A stretch of DNA of 36,709 nucleotides from Octopus sinensis (Eukaryota). Made by a program: the position numbers and the translations under genes. Positions 22,900 to 36,709 of this stretch are shown here, piece after piece. The DNA lies in contig NW_021824686.1 in the NCBI RefSeq assembly GCF_006345805.1, forward strand, positions 1 through 36,709, read 5' to 3'. The notes under the pieces are model-generated. The model made no database searches and was not told the DNA's origin. It worked only from the letters and a program-made list of their open reading frames with translations. Every line of letters begins with the position of its first letter. The first letter of the stretch is position 1.

Positions 22900-25800
22900 T
22901 CTCCTTCTCTCTGTCTCTCTCTGACTGTCAATTCAAAACTCTTTCTACGATGCTACATGAATTCTGTCGGTCTGCGGCAGGTCATGACACGAACTAATTT
23001 AAAGCTTCTCAAAATAAAATTCCCCACCCACCAGAAAATGGTGATGCCTGGGACCTCTGAACGTGCCCCAAGGAACCAGACAACTGGTTAACCCTGTGCG
23101 CTTATAGCACGGCCCTGGATACCAACCATGGTAATATCCACTAAAAACCCGTGTCGTTCGAAGAACGCGTTCATCAGCGACCTTAAGTTCTGACACTGAG
23201 CTCGAAAAGTCTTAAATCAGGATCAATCTCATCAAAAACCTGTAGCAAATCAAACACTCAAGCCAGGGATATTCCCGAAATTGACTATCAGGATCAACTA
23301 CCAAACCTATCCCAAAGAAATAGAAAAACAAGACAGAAATTGTTTAAGTTATGCATGCTTATTATTATTATTCAACACTAAACCCAAAAACATGAACCAC
23401 ACAAAAAGATACCTACAATATCTGGAGATGCAAAAACCTGCGTAGCAGGCTGTACATAGACAGTAAGAAACTAGGAGCTGTGAGACGTGATATCCTAAAA
23501 AAGAAAAGACTAACTGACAATGAAATTGACAAAATAGATCAGTCAAAAGTCAGCTCAGTATAACACACGATGACTTATACCCTGAGGCAAAAATCTCTGA
23601 AAACACTAATTCAAACCAGCAATCTAGTTGCACAGAACCCTATGAAGGTGGGCCATCAATTGATACTAAGAACACTATAAACGATCACGTCAGCAATGTA
23701 CTGTTGGATGGAATACCAGAACAATATCTAATACAACTGCATCAAGCTTTCCACGAAAGAGCCCCACTTCCCAAAATTATTAATACTAATAAGAACAGAA
23801 AATTAATCAAAGACGTTGATCAAGAACTTGGAAAGCTGATACGGCAACTCCTTGGGAATAGTCGAAAAAATGCCCTCAGCTGCTTGTGTTGCAACTCAGA
23901 AATGCGGCATCAAAAGTAGAGAGAGACAAAAAAATTGCAATGTACACAAATGGATGGAAAGAATAAACCGGCAAATAATCCCAGTAAGGGCAGATGTTTC
24001 TTTTCTAGTTGAAGCAAGCAAAGGGGAAACTAATAAACCCAACAAACTAAAAAGAATAATTGCTAAACATGACCTTTATAAGAAAACGAAGGATACACAG
24101 ATTGAAATCTTCAAACAAAAACTGCAATTAGAAACCAAACCACTGGCAAGATACGAAAAACGCTCAGCATTCCATAGACAAAGCATACTCTTCGAGGAGA
24201 ACACAAAAACTTTTTACAGGGAACTGGGGGGAAATACCATTATTGTGTAAACACCTTCTCCCCAGCAGCAAACTGAAGGTTTTTTGAAAAAACATTTGGA
24301 GTAATCCAAAGGAGTTTAATCAGAATGCACATTTGCTCATGGACATAGAAGGGGCCCAATGCCCACCTCAAATATCAAGAATGACTGGATATAAAAACTG
24401 AAGAAGTGAAAGCGGCGCTCACCAAGTCAAAGAAATGGAAATCCTCAGTTATAGATAAGATTCCAAATTTTTGGCTAGACTGTTTTTGGTAAGAGTTATG
24501 CATTCCCTTCTTGGGGCTTTCGCAGGTTTGGACATGACTTCATTGAGTGCTACGGATAAGTTGTGGTGAGTGCTCATTAAAAAGTCTAGCCAAAAATTTG
24601 GAATCTTATCTATAACTGGGGATTTCCATTTCTTTGACTTGGTGAGCGCCGCTTCACTTCTCAGTTTTATATCCAGTCATTCTTGATATTTGAGGTGGGC
24701 ATTGGGCCCCTTCTATGTCCATGAGCAAATGTGCATTCTGATAAACTCCTTTGGATTACTCCAAATGTTTTTTCAAAAAACCTTCAGTTTGCTGCTGGGG
24801 AGAAGGTGTTTACACAATAATGGTATTTCCCCCCAGTTCCCTGTAAAAAGTTTTTGTGTTCTCCTCGAAGAGTATGCTTTGTCTATGGAATGCTGAGCGT
24901 TTTTCGTATCTTGCCAGTGGTTTGGCTCCTAATTGCAGTTTTTAAAGGAATGTAAAAGGAGTTCATATGGATGTAAGGACCAATTATTGATTGATAAAAC
25001 GGTCATTGAAAATTGCAAATCCAAACGCAGAAACCTTAGCACCGCTTGGGTAGATTACAAGAAGGCTTTTGACAGTGTCCCTCATGCATGGATCATCAAG
25101 GTCCTGGAAATTTACAAGATAGCTCCAACAATTGTGAACGTTTTAAAAGTAATCATGAATTTGTGGATAACCACCCTCATTTTAGAGCATACACAAGGAT
25201 CTACCACCTGACCAGGAATCAATATCACCTGTGGTATCTCTCGAAGTGACTCATTGTCACCATTACTATTCTGCCTCGCTCCATCCCCTTTATCCACACA
25301 ACTGAAGAATGCTAAGAGAGCGTATAAGATCTTTGACCAGAAAATTAATCATCTACTCCATATGGATGATCTAAAACTGTTTGCCAAAAACGACAAAGAA
25401 TTAGAAGAGCTCCTGAATATTCTCAAAGAATTCAGCTCTGATATACGTATCGAATTCGGACTTGATAAATATGCCAAAGCTACTTTCAAGGCAGGGAAGT
25501 TCATAAAGGCAGAAAACATAGAACTTGATACTATCACTGCTGTTCGAAACCTAGACCTTAACCGAAGTATATAAGTATCTGGGAACCAATGAAGGTGATG
25601 GTATCCAGCACTCTAAAAAGACAGAGAAAATTCGCAAGGAATGCTACCGAAGGGTAAAAATGATCCTAAACTCAGAATTAAATGCTGCTTAGGGAATTAA
25701 TGCAATCTTGGCCATACCAGTAACCACACTTAGCTTCGGTATCATTAAGTGGAGTCTCACTGACATGCAGAATATGGATGGCAAGATCCGTAAAATCCTT

Positions 25801-27092
25801 ACAAGGTACCGAATGCAACAGCCAAAATCAGGTGTAGACAAGATTTATCTCCCAAGAAAAATAGGGGCAAGAGGCCTGATACAGTTCGAACAATCCTTTA
25901 AATCAGCAATAATAGGACTTGAAAGGTACCTTAATACAACAGGTGATGTGTTCTCACGAACAACATTGCAGCAAGAAGATTCCAAGCAAGCATCAGTCAT
26001 GAAGCTTAATAAATTTAATAAGTCTTTTGGCCTACAGATTAACAATAAGGATGACCAAAACACTCAAAGACTTACAGACCTGCCATTGCTTCTCCTGGTT
26101 TAGAAATTAATAATTTGAAAGACCAACGAGATTGAAAAAGTGACAAACCTATCACTGATGCAAAAATACATCAAACAAAAAGCAAAGAAGGCTGGCATGA
26201 ACAATATAGAAGACAACTGGAAAGGCAAACTCCTGCATGGAAAACATCCTAACCGCCTGTCCAGACTAGTTATTGATCAAATTCTAACACACCAATGGCT
26301 ACAAGGAACAGGTCTGAAAGCGGAAACAGAAGGTTTTGTTATTGCAGCGGACGATTAGTGCTTACCTACCAGAAACTACCATGCAAATGTCCTTAAAGAT
26401 GGATTTGACCCCACGTGCAGAATTTGCGGAAAATTCCCAGAGACAATTGATCATGTTTCTGGCTGCCCAGTCCTCACTGAAAAGGAGTACCTCATAAGAC
26501 ATGACAGGCTAGGGCAGTACATCCACTGGAATGCTTGTAAATATTACAGAATTAAATCCCATGATAAGTGGTACAGGCACCATCCAGAGGTAGTAGTAAA
26601 TGGCGAGGGAGTTACCATCCGTTGGAACTTCCCAATACAAACAGACAGAAAAATCGACCAGACATTGTGATTAAGGACACAGCAGAGGAACTTGTCTGTT
26701 AATAGATATGTCTGTTCCACGTGACCAAAATGTCTCAAGAAAGGAATACGAAAAGCTTTCTCACTGTAAAGATCTGAAAATTGTAATCACAAAAATGTGG
26801 AAGCTTAGTACTACGATGATACGAGTAGTAATTGGTGCGTTGCGAATGATAAAGAAGGGTGCTGAGAAGTATATAAAGCAACTCCCTGGTAACTCCAATC
26901 TCCGTCAACTACAAAAGATAACTTTGATGGGTACAGCCCCTGTATACTACGGAAAGCACTCTCCATCTAAAGTGGAATAAATGTGACGATAATTTTAGCC
27001 TGCATAGCAGAACAAAAGTGGCCTTGCTATTCTTGACCTCCGAGGATGCCCAGTACTAAGGCAGCTGAAATAAGTTATAATGTAAGAAAGCC
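22900..27092 (+). mobile_element. Near-full-length degenerate R4/Dong-type non-LTR retrotransposon (family C) with internal inversion
   Basis: Plus-strand fragments: KKLGAVRRDILKK; CKRSSYGCKDQLLIDK..AWVDYKKAFDSVPH (24944-25211); SPLLFCL..HLLHMDDLKLF; QPKSGVDKIYLPRKIGARGL; GLKAETEGF; CRICGKFPETIDHVSGC..RHD; VVIGAL..LQKITLMGTA. (TAA)n tail from 27093. 5' boundary approximate. Confidence 0.92.
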
Positions 27093-27124
27093 ATAAATAA
27101 TAATAATAATAAATAATAATAATA

Positions 27125-27162
<38 letters not shown>

Positions 27163-27197
27163 TATAATAATAATATAATATAATAATAATAATAATA

Positions 27198-27240
<43 letters not shown>
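27093..27240 (+). repeat. (TAA)n tail/target of the family C element
   Basis: Direct reading. Confidence 0.95.
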
Positions 27241-27241
<1 letters not shown>

Positions 27242-27741
27242 GTGGCTATGACAAATTTATTTTTCTCCAATTCAATGTGTAGGTGGTAAGTGTAGAGATA
27301 CAGAGATATGAGCGCGTGGTTTGTGTGTATGTTTGTACGTGTAGGTGTTTATTTGACGTCAATTTTCAGCTTGATAGATCTTTGCGCTAAGTCAGCAGCT
27401 GTGATATTCGTTCGCTGTTTTGTCTCTCAGTGACATCATCGTCAGTCATTTTAATCGAGTTTCTTTCATATGGGTTTTTGTCAGCAATAGCGTCGGTGAC
27501 GACGGTTATAAGTTTACAAAGGCCCTTGCACATGCATATTGTATGTTCGATAGTGAGATTTACAAGGGAGTATTTGTAACTCGGTGTAGAACAAATAACA
27601 GTGTATCTTCGCTTCCCAACTTCACAGTATAATTATTGCCGGTAAAGATCATTACCATCGTACCGGGACTCTATTTTCTAACACACAGAAGCATACACGC
27701 AAACACACACACACATATGTATATAAATATGCATATGGATG

Positions 27742-27780
<39 letters not shown>

Positions 27781-27944
27781 CGTTTTCCTTTCCGACGAGG
27801 AGAGGAGTTATGCTTGAAGCGTCAAAGCTATCTCTTCTTAGCGGGCGTCAAACAAATAAATTCCATGTGCTCATCTTGTTTGCTATTGTTATTTTTAATA
27901 TTCGTCTCTTTGATTTGACTATATATATATATAATATATATATA

Positions 27945-27990
<46 letters not shown>

Positions 27991-27999
27991 TATATACAT

Positions 28000-28358
28000 A
28001 GGCGGAGGCGCGGCTGTGTGATGAGAAACTTGCTGCTCAGCCACATGGCAAGTGTCTTTTACTATAGCCTCGGACCAACCAAAGCCTTGTAAGTGGATTT
28101 CATAGACGGAAACTGAAAGAAGCCCGTCATAAATATGTATACATTTATGTATTTTTGATTTTTGTGTGTGTGTCTTTGTCCCTCTATCATAGCTTTGACT
28201 ACCGATGTTGGTGTGCTTCCGTCCCCGTCACTTAGCAGTTCGGCAAAATAGTCCGCTAGCATAAGTACTAGACTTACAAAGAATAAGTCCAGGAATTGAC
28301 TAAAACCCTTCAAGGCAGTGCTCCAGCATAGCCAAAGTCAAATGACTAAAACAAATGA
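28000..28358 (+). mobile_element. Second SINE family, internally deleted
   Basis: GGCGCGGCTGTGTG head; CAAGTGTCTTTTACTATAGCCTCGG..AAAGCCTTGTAAGTGGATTT..ACGGAAACTGAAAGAAGCCCGTC body, recognised as an Octopus-type SINE. Confidence 0.65.
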
Positions 28359-28405
28359 AAGAGTAAAAGAATATATTTATATATACGTATATGCATACGT
28401 ATATA

Positions 28406-28441
<36 letters not shown>

Positions 28442-28477
28442 TGTATGTATGTATGTATGTATGTATGTATGTATGTA

Positions 28478-29255
28478 TCTCTTATTATAAAAGGCAGATT
28501 TTATCTGCCTCCCTTTGGGAGTTATACAAATCTACAATATAGGATTTCTTCAATTACAATTTACCTAGCAGTTTTAAGAGTACAATGCATCGCGTCATGC
28601 CAGGTCCAGTTTTTAAAATTTAAACTCCAATTAAGCAAAATTTACAGAAAACTCACATTCTGGTGTGTGTGTCAAATGCTTTTCTTAGTCTGGTTTACAC
28701 CACACGCAAACGCACACACACAGTGGGCAACGAATAAAATGAAAGTAAATGTAATATTTGTTTCTGTCTATCACGCTGATAGATACATGAGTAAAATGTA
28801 TGGGAAGCTAACAGATAACAGTGAGTGAAAATGTTCTTGGAAGAGAGTAAATTAGCGACAGTGATTTGAGGAAGACTAAACTGAAACTATGAAACAGTGT
28901 TTATGTATAAACAGACGACACTTATATAAACCCTTTCCTTACCAAACCGCCCGAATTTACCTATTCATATTTAAATGAGAATATCAGAGTAAATCTCTTT
29001 AGTACATTCGTGAAAACACGTATTATACTTCGTAAACACTTCAAATACAGTTTTGTACAAAAATCGAAGTGTAATTTTAATTCGTGAATTATGGGAGATT
29101 TTTTTCCTAAATTTGTTCCTATTGTGTTTTCAAAATTTGTAATTCTGACAAAAAATGGATACGAATTTCATTATATCAAGCAGCGAGTCAGAATTCGAAG
29201 GATTTTCTACTGAAGACCTTCATAAATCTAACTCTATGACTGAAAAAAAAAAGCA
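28478..29255 (+). mobile_element. Probable Helitron 5' portion lacking its own 3' end
   Basis: Begins A|TCTCTTATTATAAAAGGCAGATTTTATCTGCCT (TC start, AT-rich, short hairpin) right after (TATG)n; no CTAG end before the next Helitron. Confidence 0.5.
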
Positions 29256-29649
29256 TCTTTATATAAGAGTGAAGTTGTGTGTCTGTCCCCTTCGATTTAC
29301 ATTCGTAATTACTCCCACATTTTGCGGTGCAGTTTAACCAAAAGCGGGTATCTTATAGTCGTGATTCATATCGAGCCCTTCTGGGTATTAGCGCGCGTCT
29401 ACGATGAGTCTACGATTTTAAAAAAATTTACCATCATATTTTTTTTTTTTCCATTTTCTCATTTTTTCGCTTTTATAAGGGAAGTAACTCTCTAAAAATA
29501 TCTACGATGTGTCAACGATTTAAAAAAAATTTACCTTAATTTTTTTCAATTTTTAATGCATTTTTTTGCTATTTTTTGGCTATAACTCTCTAAAAGCTAT
29601 ATATTAGTTATTCCCTTACAACCCGAGCAACGCCGGGCGATACTGCTAG
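29256..29649 (+). mobile_element. Non-autonomous Helitron
   Basis: A|TCTTTATATAAGAG 5' end; subterminal hairpin CCCGAGCAACGCCGGG (29622-29637); CTAG|T 3' end; inserted at AT with no TSD; internal ~100-bp direct duplication. Confidence 0.88.
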
Positions 29650-29775
29650 TGTATATATAAATATATATATATCGTTCATTGAGACTGGATGTATATTAAG
29701 TGGTTCGAGTTTTACTACCACGATCAAGCAAGGTATATATGTATGGTTGAGTACGTGTGTTGTGTGTGTGTGTGT

Positions 29776-29828
<53 letters not shown>

Positions 29829-31237
29829 GTGTGCGTGTCTGCGCGTATGTACACATACATATATTTTAATAATCCTGTCCTGTGAAACTCAAGTCCTTCA
29901 ATTATAAGCCTATTTGTATAAACCGCTACATTGAAACACGTCCACCGTTCCCATGTCAAACGGTTTTATTGATGAGATAAAACTGCAATGTTGACTGTAG
30001 AACATTGTGACAAAAGTTAGCTCCAATCTCCTGTATAATTGATAACTCCTTGTTGTCGTTTTATTCACCACATCGCAGCTAATTTATAGTTAATCGATTT
30101 TGGAAGACTGATAGAGTTAAAATCAATTTATCGCAAGGTGAATAGGTTTTTAATGACATTCAATAATAAATCACCGCAAGTCTTCCATACCTCATGTCGA
30201 CCTCCATCTTGCCTCCAATTTCATATCCAACAGAAAAGATTCATTATTTTCGTTTTGAATTCTTTTTCTTCCTGTGAGATATTCGCTCTTTTAGAAAACA
30301 AAATGTCTTTCCGTCTTTGTGATTCTGTTCTCGCTAGATCGATCATATTTCAATAAAAACCAGTAATCGAATAACAAATATCGGTTGTGTATATAGTTTT
30401 TGCTATGTATATATTTTATAATAACTCTCGACATTGTCAATAACTTGGACAGCGATCACGCAGTTAGGATGTCATCAGTTGGCTATCGTAGAGGAAGAAC
30501 CATGAGTTCGTGCTTTGTAATCTCTAGGAAGGGTCCTTTATGCAACCTGTCGATATGCTAGAAATTGCAGCCAATTGACCACAAGTATGTCTGTATAGCT
30601 GAGTATTGGAGGAATTACGGGATTGTGCCAAAATTAGAAGTAATCGGTAGAACTAGTTTCATCACAGTACAATCCAAAGATTGTTTGAAAAAGCAGGTTT
30701 CATTCAACTGACTGGGACCCAGTTTAAATCATATGTTCACATCATATTCTATCCAGGATGTTAGGACCAGACTCCATTCCGTTCAGTGAGCTTCTGTTTC
30801 AGCTACATGTTAAGAGCATTTTCGATCCAACATTTTATGACCTGACTTCATTCGACTGAAGAAAGACCAATCACGTAATAAAACCTCGTCCCATCCAACA
30901 TGGAGAGTTCATCGTTTTACGAAATATATGAGATTCCATTTTGGTTTAACATCTACATAAGATGACTTGATATCGAAAGTTTTCCTGTACACCCCCAAAA
31001 CAATGCGTACCGGTTTTTCTTTTTCCAAGAAATTTGGTCAAGGAACTTTTCATGACAGGCGAAGTCAAACCATGAGAAATTGTTACGCAGACATCTTAGC
31101 CTCTCGGAAAACGAGATCTCGTTATTTCGCAGAGAATTTAACCGGACAAAGTAGACGATAACATAAATGATGAAATGAAGATTTGCAACTCTAGAATTAT
31201 GGAATGTTGTGTAAATATAAAGAGACGTGTGTGTGTG

Positions 31238-31299
<62 letters not shown>

Positions 31300-31325
31300 T
31301 GTGGTGAGTGAGTGATGTGTGCATG

Positions 31326-31364
<39 letters not shown>

Positions 31365-31502
31365 ATATATATATATATAGGTACATTCAACAATATAAGG
31401 AATGGCCATAATAGGCCATTCGACTCACTAGAAAGAGCAGCCAAACTCAAACCGCTAATAGTTGTAATTCTGAAATTGAAAGAGAAAATAAATATATATA
31501 GG

Positions 31503-31620
<118 letters not shown>

Positions 31621-31994
31621 TATGTCTAACTAAACCAGTAAAACGCATCCAAAGAGGGAAAGAAACACTCCATTGAATACAACGAGTTGGATTTCTAAAG
31701 AACTTCATATTGGATAGAATTCTGGTCGGAATTAGTGCAGACTTCCCCATCCAGAAACACATCTCTATCACACTTCAATTAATCCATTGTCGATTACTGA
31801 TGCCAATTTACAAAAGAATTTTTTTTCCCTCTCCGTTAATTAATGAAGAGTTTAAGATATTGGGAAATATGGTTAATGTTAAAAATAACAGACAGCAGTG
31901 GTTTAGCATGTTCGTTGTTATGTATTAATATAGATGAACCTGTGTGTGTGTGTGTGTGTGTGTGAACGTTCAGTAGTGCATCTGTCTATTTTGT

Positions 31995-32034
31995 GTATAT
32001 AGATATATACATACACAAATATATATATACATAC

Positions 32035-32070
<36 letters not shown>

Positions 32071-32142
32071 CACAAATATATATATATATATAATAATATA
32101 TATACATTATATATACTATATACATACACAATATATATATAT

Positions 32143-32210
<68 letters not shown>

Positions 32211-32217
32211 GTATATA

Positions 32218-32258
<41 letters not shown>

Positions 32259-32689
32259 ATATATATACACTTATGTATAGATATATATCAGCGGATACAT
32301 GTGTATAACTACATACACACACACACACAACGCATATTATATGTCTGCATATATAGATTCATATAGAAATATATAGATAGATAGATAGATAGATAGTCAC
32401 ATGTACACATGCATGCGCTCACATACACATGTTCATAGAGGAAGACCTACACAACACACATCCAGCGCTTGGATACAAGCAAACGTAATGAGTGTGTATG
32501 CGATCACCTCTCTCTTTTTCTATATGTGTGTGTGTGTGTATATGCATATATCACGTATATAAGTGTATATATCTGTATGTATGTACTTATATCTGTGTAT
32601 ACGCATATAATATAATATATATATGTGTGTGTGTATGTGTGTGTGTGTATGTAAACATATATATGTATGTGTGTATGTATACCTATATA

Positions 32690-32739
<50 letters not shown>

Positions 32740-32754
32740 TTATATATACGTATG

Positions 32755-32813
<59 letters not shown>

Positions 32814-32859
32814 CTTAAGTATGTATATAAATATATATATATATATATACTTAAGTATG

Positions 32860-32950
<91 letters not shown>
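31995..32950. repeat. Extended TA/TG-rich compound microsatellite
   Basis: Direct reading. Confidence 0.9.
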
Positions 32951-32954
<4 letters not shown>

Positions 32955-33175
32955 GGACTACACTTCATATCTGAATTTATTTTGGATATTAAAATTGTAA
33001 CTTCTCTAAATATGTTTAAATACACACCTTCTATACCGTAACACCGAAATATATTAATATTATTTTGGTCTATTTTCATTGACCCATTTAAAATCCTTCA
33101 CACTTCACTATTTTCTTATTATCCCCAGAAATATCCTTCTCAACTTTTATATATACCTATATGTGTGTATATATA

Positions 33176-33226
<51 letters not shown>

Positions 33227-33308
33227 GTATATGTGTGTGTGTGTGTGCGTGTGTGCATGCGTGTATGTATATGTATATATGTAATATATATATATATATG
33301 TATGTATG

Positions 33309-33378
<70 letters not shown>

Positions 33379-33574
33379 CATAGATAGATAGATACATAGA
33401 TAGATATGTAATTACGTATGTATCCATAATTGAAGCAAAATGTTTTAAGCGAAATAATTTAGAGTGCCATTGGCATCTAGACAAATACAGGTCTATCAAA
33501 TACTTGATTTATCGAAATAATCTCTGCTTCGAAAAGATGTATCACAATTACCAGATGTATATATATATATATAG

Positions 33575-33652
<78 letters not shown>

Positions 33653-33665
33653 ATATATATATAGA

Positions 33666-33700
<35 letters not shown>

Positions 33701-33733
33701 TGTATGTATGTATGTATGTATGTATGTATAAAT

Positions 33734-34027
33734 TATTGAGGTAGTCAGAATTTTGGATAATTCTTTTTTAGCGCTTTCGCTCGTTTTTCCAACTCGTCAA
33801 GACAAAATAAAAATGGTAAAAATAGGATGTTTCGCTGTTCGTTTATATGAATCGGATGCTTTTTTCTGCTTTGTTCAGAAATGGAAAATATTGTTTTTGT
33901 GTTTTTCTTGGGGTGGGGACAGAGAGATAGAAAAACAAATAGGGAGAAAAGACAGAGAGAGAGAGAGAGAGAGAGAGAGTTTCAGGACAATCAAGAAAGA
34001 GGAGAGAAAAATAAGGGATGGGGAAAT

Positions 34028-34085
<58 letters not shown>

Positions 34086-34914
34086 GAAAGAGAACGAGAG
34101 GGAGGTTCATTTTCAATCTGATGTAATCAATTCATTGAAATTTCATTACAAAGCATCTTTCTTTCTTCTTTTCATTGTATACCTATCAATATATTTTTAA
34201 ATGAACACATTTTCTCACAAGGTCTGCTGACCTTTCAAAGATGTCAATTTTAGGAAGTAGGAAAAATTAAGAAGAATGGAGGGGAGTGTGTGAAAAATAA
34301 AAAAAGAGTTGCAAGTCCTATGAAAATGTATATTCCTTTACACTTGTATTGTCAATTCCCATATTCTGTGTAATTCCATATTTTGCATGAACAAACTTTA
34401 GATATTAGTACAACATTCATAAATTAGGAAAATAAAGTCAGAATATAAAAAATAATTTGGTACTGTTTATAATTCAATCTATTTTCTTCGTACATTGAAT
34501 GAAACATCATAAATGAGTTTTGTATGTACTTTGTATATTTGGCTGGAAGCCACTCTGTAGTTTGTAAATTATATAAACAAAGCAGGGCCGGCTGAAATAT
34601 ATTGTTTTCGGTATCTTTCATTCTTTTTTAGGATTTATTTTTCTTGCTTGAATAATTCAAAAGAGATCTTTTTCACGAATTACTACATTATTCACCCCAC
34701 CTCATTGCTTCTCTTTCACTCCCCCCACCCCACAAAAAAAAACAAAGCAATATTCTCCTCTTCTAAACAAAGCAAAAAAGCATTCGATTCATGTAAATGA
34801 ACAACAACACGTCCTGGTTTTACTATTTTGATTTTGTCTTGAGGAGTTCGAAAAACGAACGAAAGCGCTAATAAAGAATTATCCAAAATTCTGACTGCCT
34901 CCTTTTTCTCAATA
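33734..34914. mobile_element. Non-autonomous element with long (~185 bp) diverged terminal inverted repeats
   Basis: 33738-33920 is the reverse complement of about 34718-34901; the ORFs 33753(+) and 34716(-) translate to visibly similar peptides for this reason. Confidence 0.65.
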
Positions 34915-34948
34915 TACAATATCTGTATACTACTTCAAACATTATTTA

Positions 34949-34981
<33 letters not shown>

Positions 34982-35461
34982 AAATTTGAGATTCACATTT
35001 ATAATAATAATAATAGTGCACTTTGTTTTGTGAGGGGTTTTCATAATTCGCACAACAAAAATACAATCTGTGAGTAAAAAAGTAAAAATATGCATGTCTT
35101 TTCTGATTTTCAAAATGGAACATTGCTTTTGTTATCTACATTTGAATGATGAGGCCTCGTATTTTTGTTAGAAACCAGTCCCTTCTTCAGAGAAAAGTTT
35201 CAAATAATTAAAAACAGATGAGGACATGCATACTCGGTATAAGTACCACTTCTTATGCAAACTAAAATGGTAATTTACATAGTTACGAAATTATAGACTT
35301 AGGAAGCATCAGTATTGTCAGTTTGAAGCCAACTGGGAAGAAAATATTTACGTATCTGGAGCTGTTTATGCAAAAGGAGTTTCTCGGTTCTCAATAAAAT
35401 GTAATTAAGTGTAACTCACGTAGAAATAAAATAGACATATATATACAAATATAATATGCAT

Positions 35462-35500
<39 letters not shown>

Positions 35501-35659
35501 TAGATAGATAGATAGATAGATAGACAGACAGATAGATAGATACACATACACACATACATACATATACATATATATATATATATATACACACACATACATA
35601 CATGTATGTATGTGTGTGTGTGCGTGTGTGTGTGTGCGTGTGTGTGTGCGCGCGCGCGC

Positions 35660-35703
<44 letters not shown>

Positions 35704-36709
35704 TAAATAAAAGATGAATCTGTTGAGCATCAGGCTTTCTGAATTAAAACCAAGTTGAATCAATTAAAATGAAATAAATATATTTGAATAGATTTATTCT
35801 GAATTGCGATTAGGTCAGCAAACAATCGACCTACGGTTGTGCGTGTGTATACATATATAAAAACATATGTCTATGTTTATCTCTGTGTGTATGTGTGTGT
35901 GTGTGTATGTACATACATACATACATGTACATATCAGCTCTCCTGGTAACATGTAACACAGTACAACCTGCTGTATGGTCGGGTCATCGGCGACTAAACC
36001 GGTAACCCCACCACTCTTGCTTGGTCAGGAGGGTGATTGTTTGACACCCTGCAGGACGAAAACTAAAACCCGTTAAAAGAGCGGAGGAACTCATGAGCCG
36101 TCAACGGCCATCCAACAATGTGTGTATATGTATATACTGTTATATCTTATTTATATTTTGAATTTGATGTATTTAATTTCATATATTAGGGGGTAGGTGG
36201 GGCTCCTTAACCGTGGTGAAGGCATTACATCGAGAAGAGAGTCTCTTTAACAGGCCTGTACTATCAGCAAACTCTTACTCACAATGTAGACTAGGCTCTC
36301 CAGCTTGTTTATAGCATCTTGTCTAGGAGATAGAAATCTGAGGTGTGTTATGCTTGATATTGTGCACCATATTCTTGCTATCATCACTTCCACAAAGTGT
36401 GGCTTGTTCTACCAAGCCTTCAACACTGAAATTAAATCAAATTATATGTGTGGGTTTTCTGGCAACTTTATTCATTCAATACTGCACAGCTCCAAATTGC
36501 AACAGCAAAAAGTCCTCTGGCGTGAGAGTGAAAGCGGTAGGGACAGGTAACGGATATTCCTGGAAGTCTCTTACTGGATCTCTACGCAGTCGGCGACCAT
36601 TGGGTGATGGCCGTTCCAGCACAGAACATGTGAGTAACTATGCTGTTCGTGTCCTCCATTGGTGACAAAGCAAGTCTATTTAGACACAGCACTACTTTCC
36701 CCAATAGGG

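Noticed and set aside
23154-23181. GUCG-CUGAUGA..GAA-CGAC on the minus strand
   Set aside because: No stem III or cleavage triplet; not a hammerhead.
22040-23200. HDV-like ribozyme at the 5' ends of the long RLE elements
   Set aside because: No nested double-pseudoknot pattern recognisable by eye; needs a descriptor search.
30655-30721. Mariner-like WVP.QLNE and IV.CDE motifs on the minus strand
   Set aside because: Needs frameshifts, spacing is too short, and there is no further transposase or TIR support.
35099-35196. UUUUCU-CUGAAGA..GAAA-A-UC-AGAAAA on the minus strand
   Set aside because: Stem III cannot form and stem II does not close; the low-complexity stem I is likely chance.
35960-36709. 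Possible RTE-type LINE 5' UTR fragments
   Set aside because: Only vague resemblance; no ORF motif support in the window.

Overview
AT-rich, microsatellite-saturated eukaryotic intergenic or intronic DNA. The SINE families and the repeat landscape resemble a cephalopod (Octopus-like) genome; this is pattern recognition, not a database match. I found no supportable host gene: almost all listed ORFs are translated microsatellites or antisense frames of retroelements. The window holds two near-full-length but frameshifted R4/Dong-type non-LTR retrotransposons (RT + CCHC + restriction-like endonuclease) placed head-to-head, several 5'-truncated relatives stacked in (TAA)n tracts, tRNA-derived SINEs, a Helitron with textbook ends, a hAT-like MITE and a long-TIR element. 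The most interesting signal is a set of small non-coding repeats sitting in TA microsatellites that carry minimal type-I hammerhead-ribozyme-like motifs (palindromic stem III) and a fold-back inversion at the inferred 5' end. One is a 483-bp tandem array with one motif per complete unit, suggesting Penelope-like pLTRs or retrozymes. Every hammerhead motif here has a core defect, so activity is not established.
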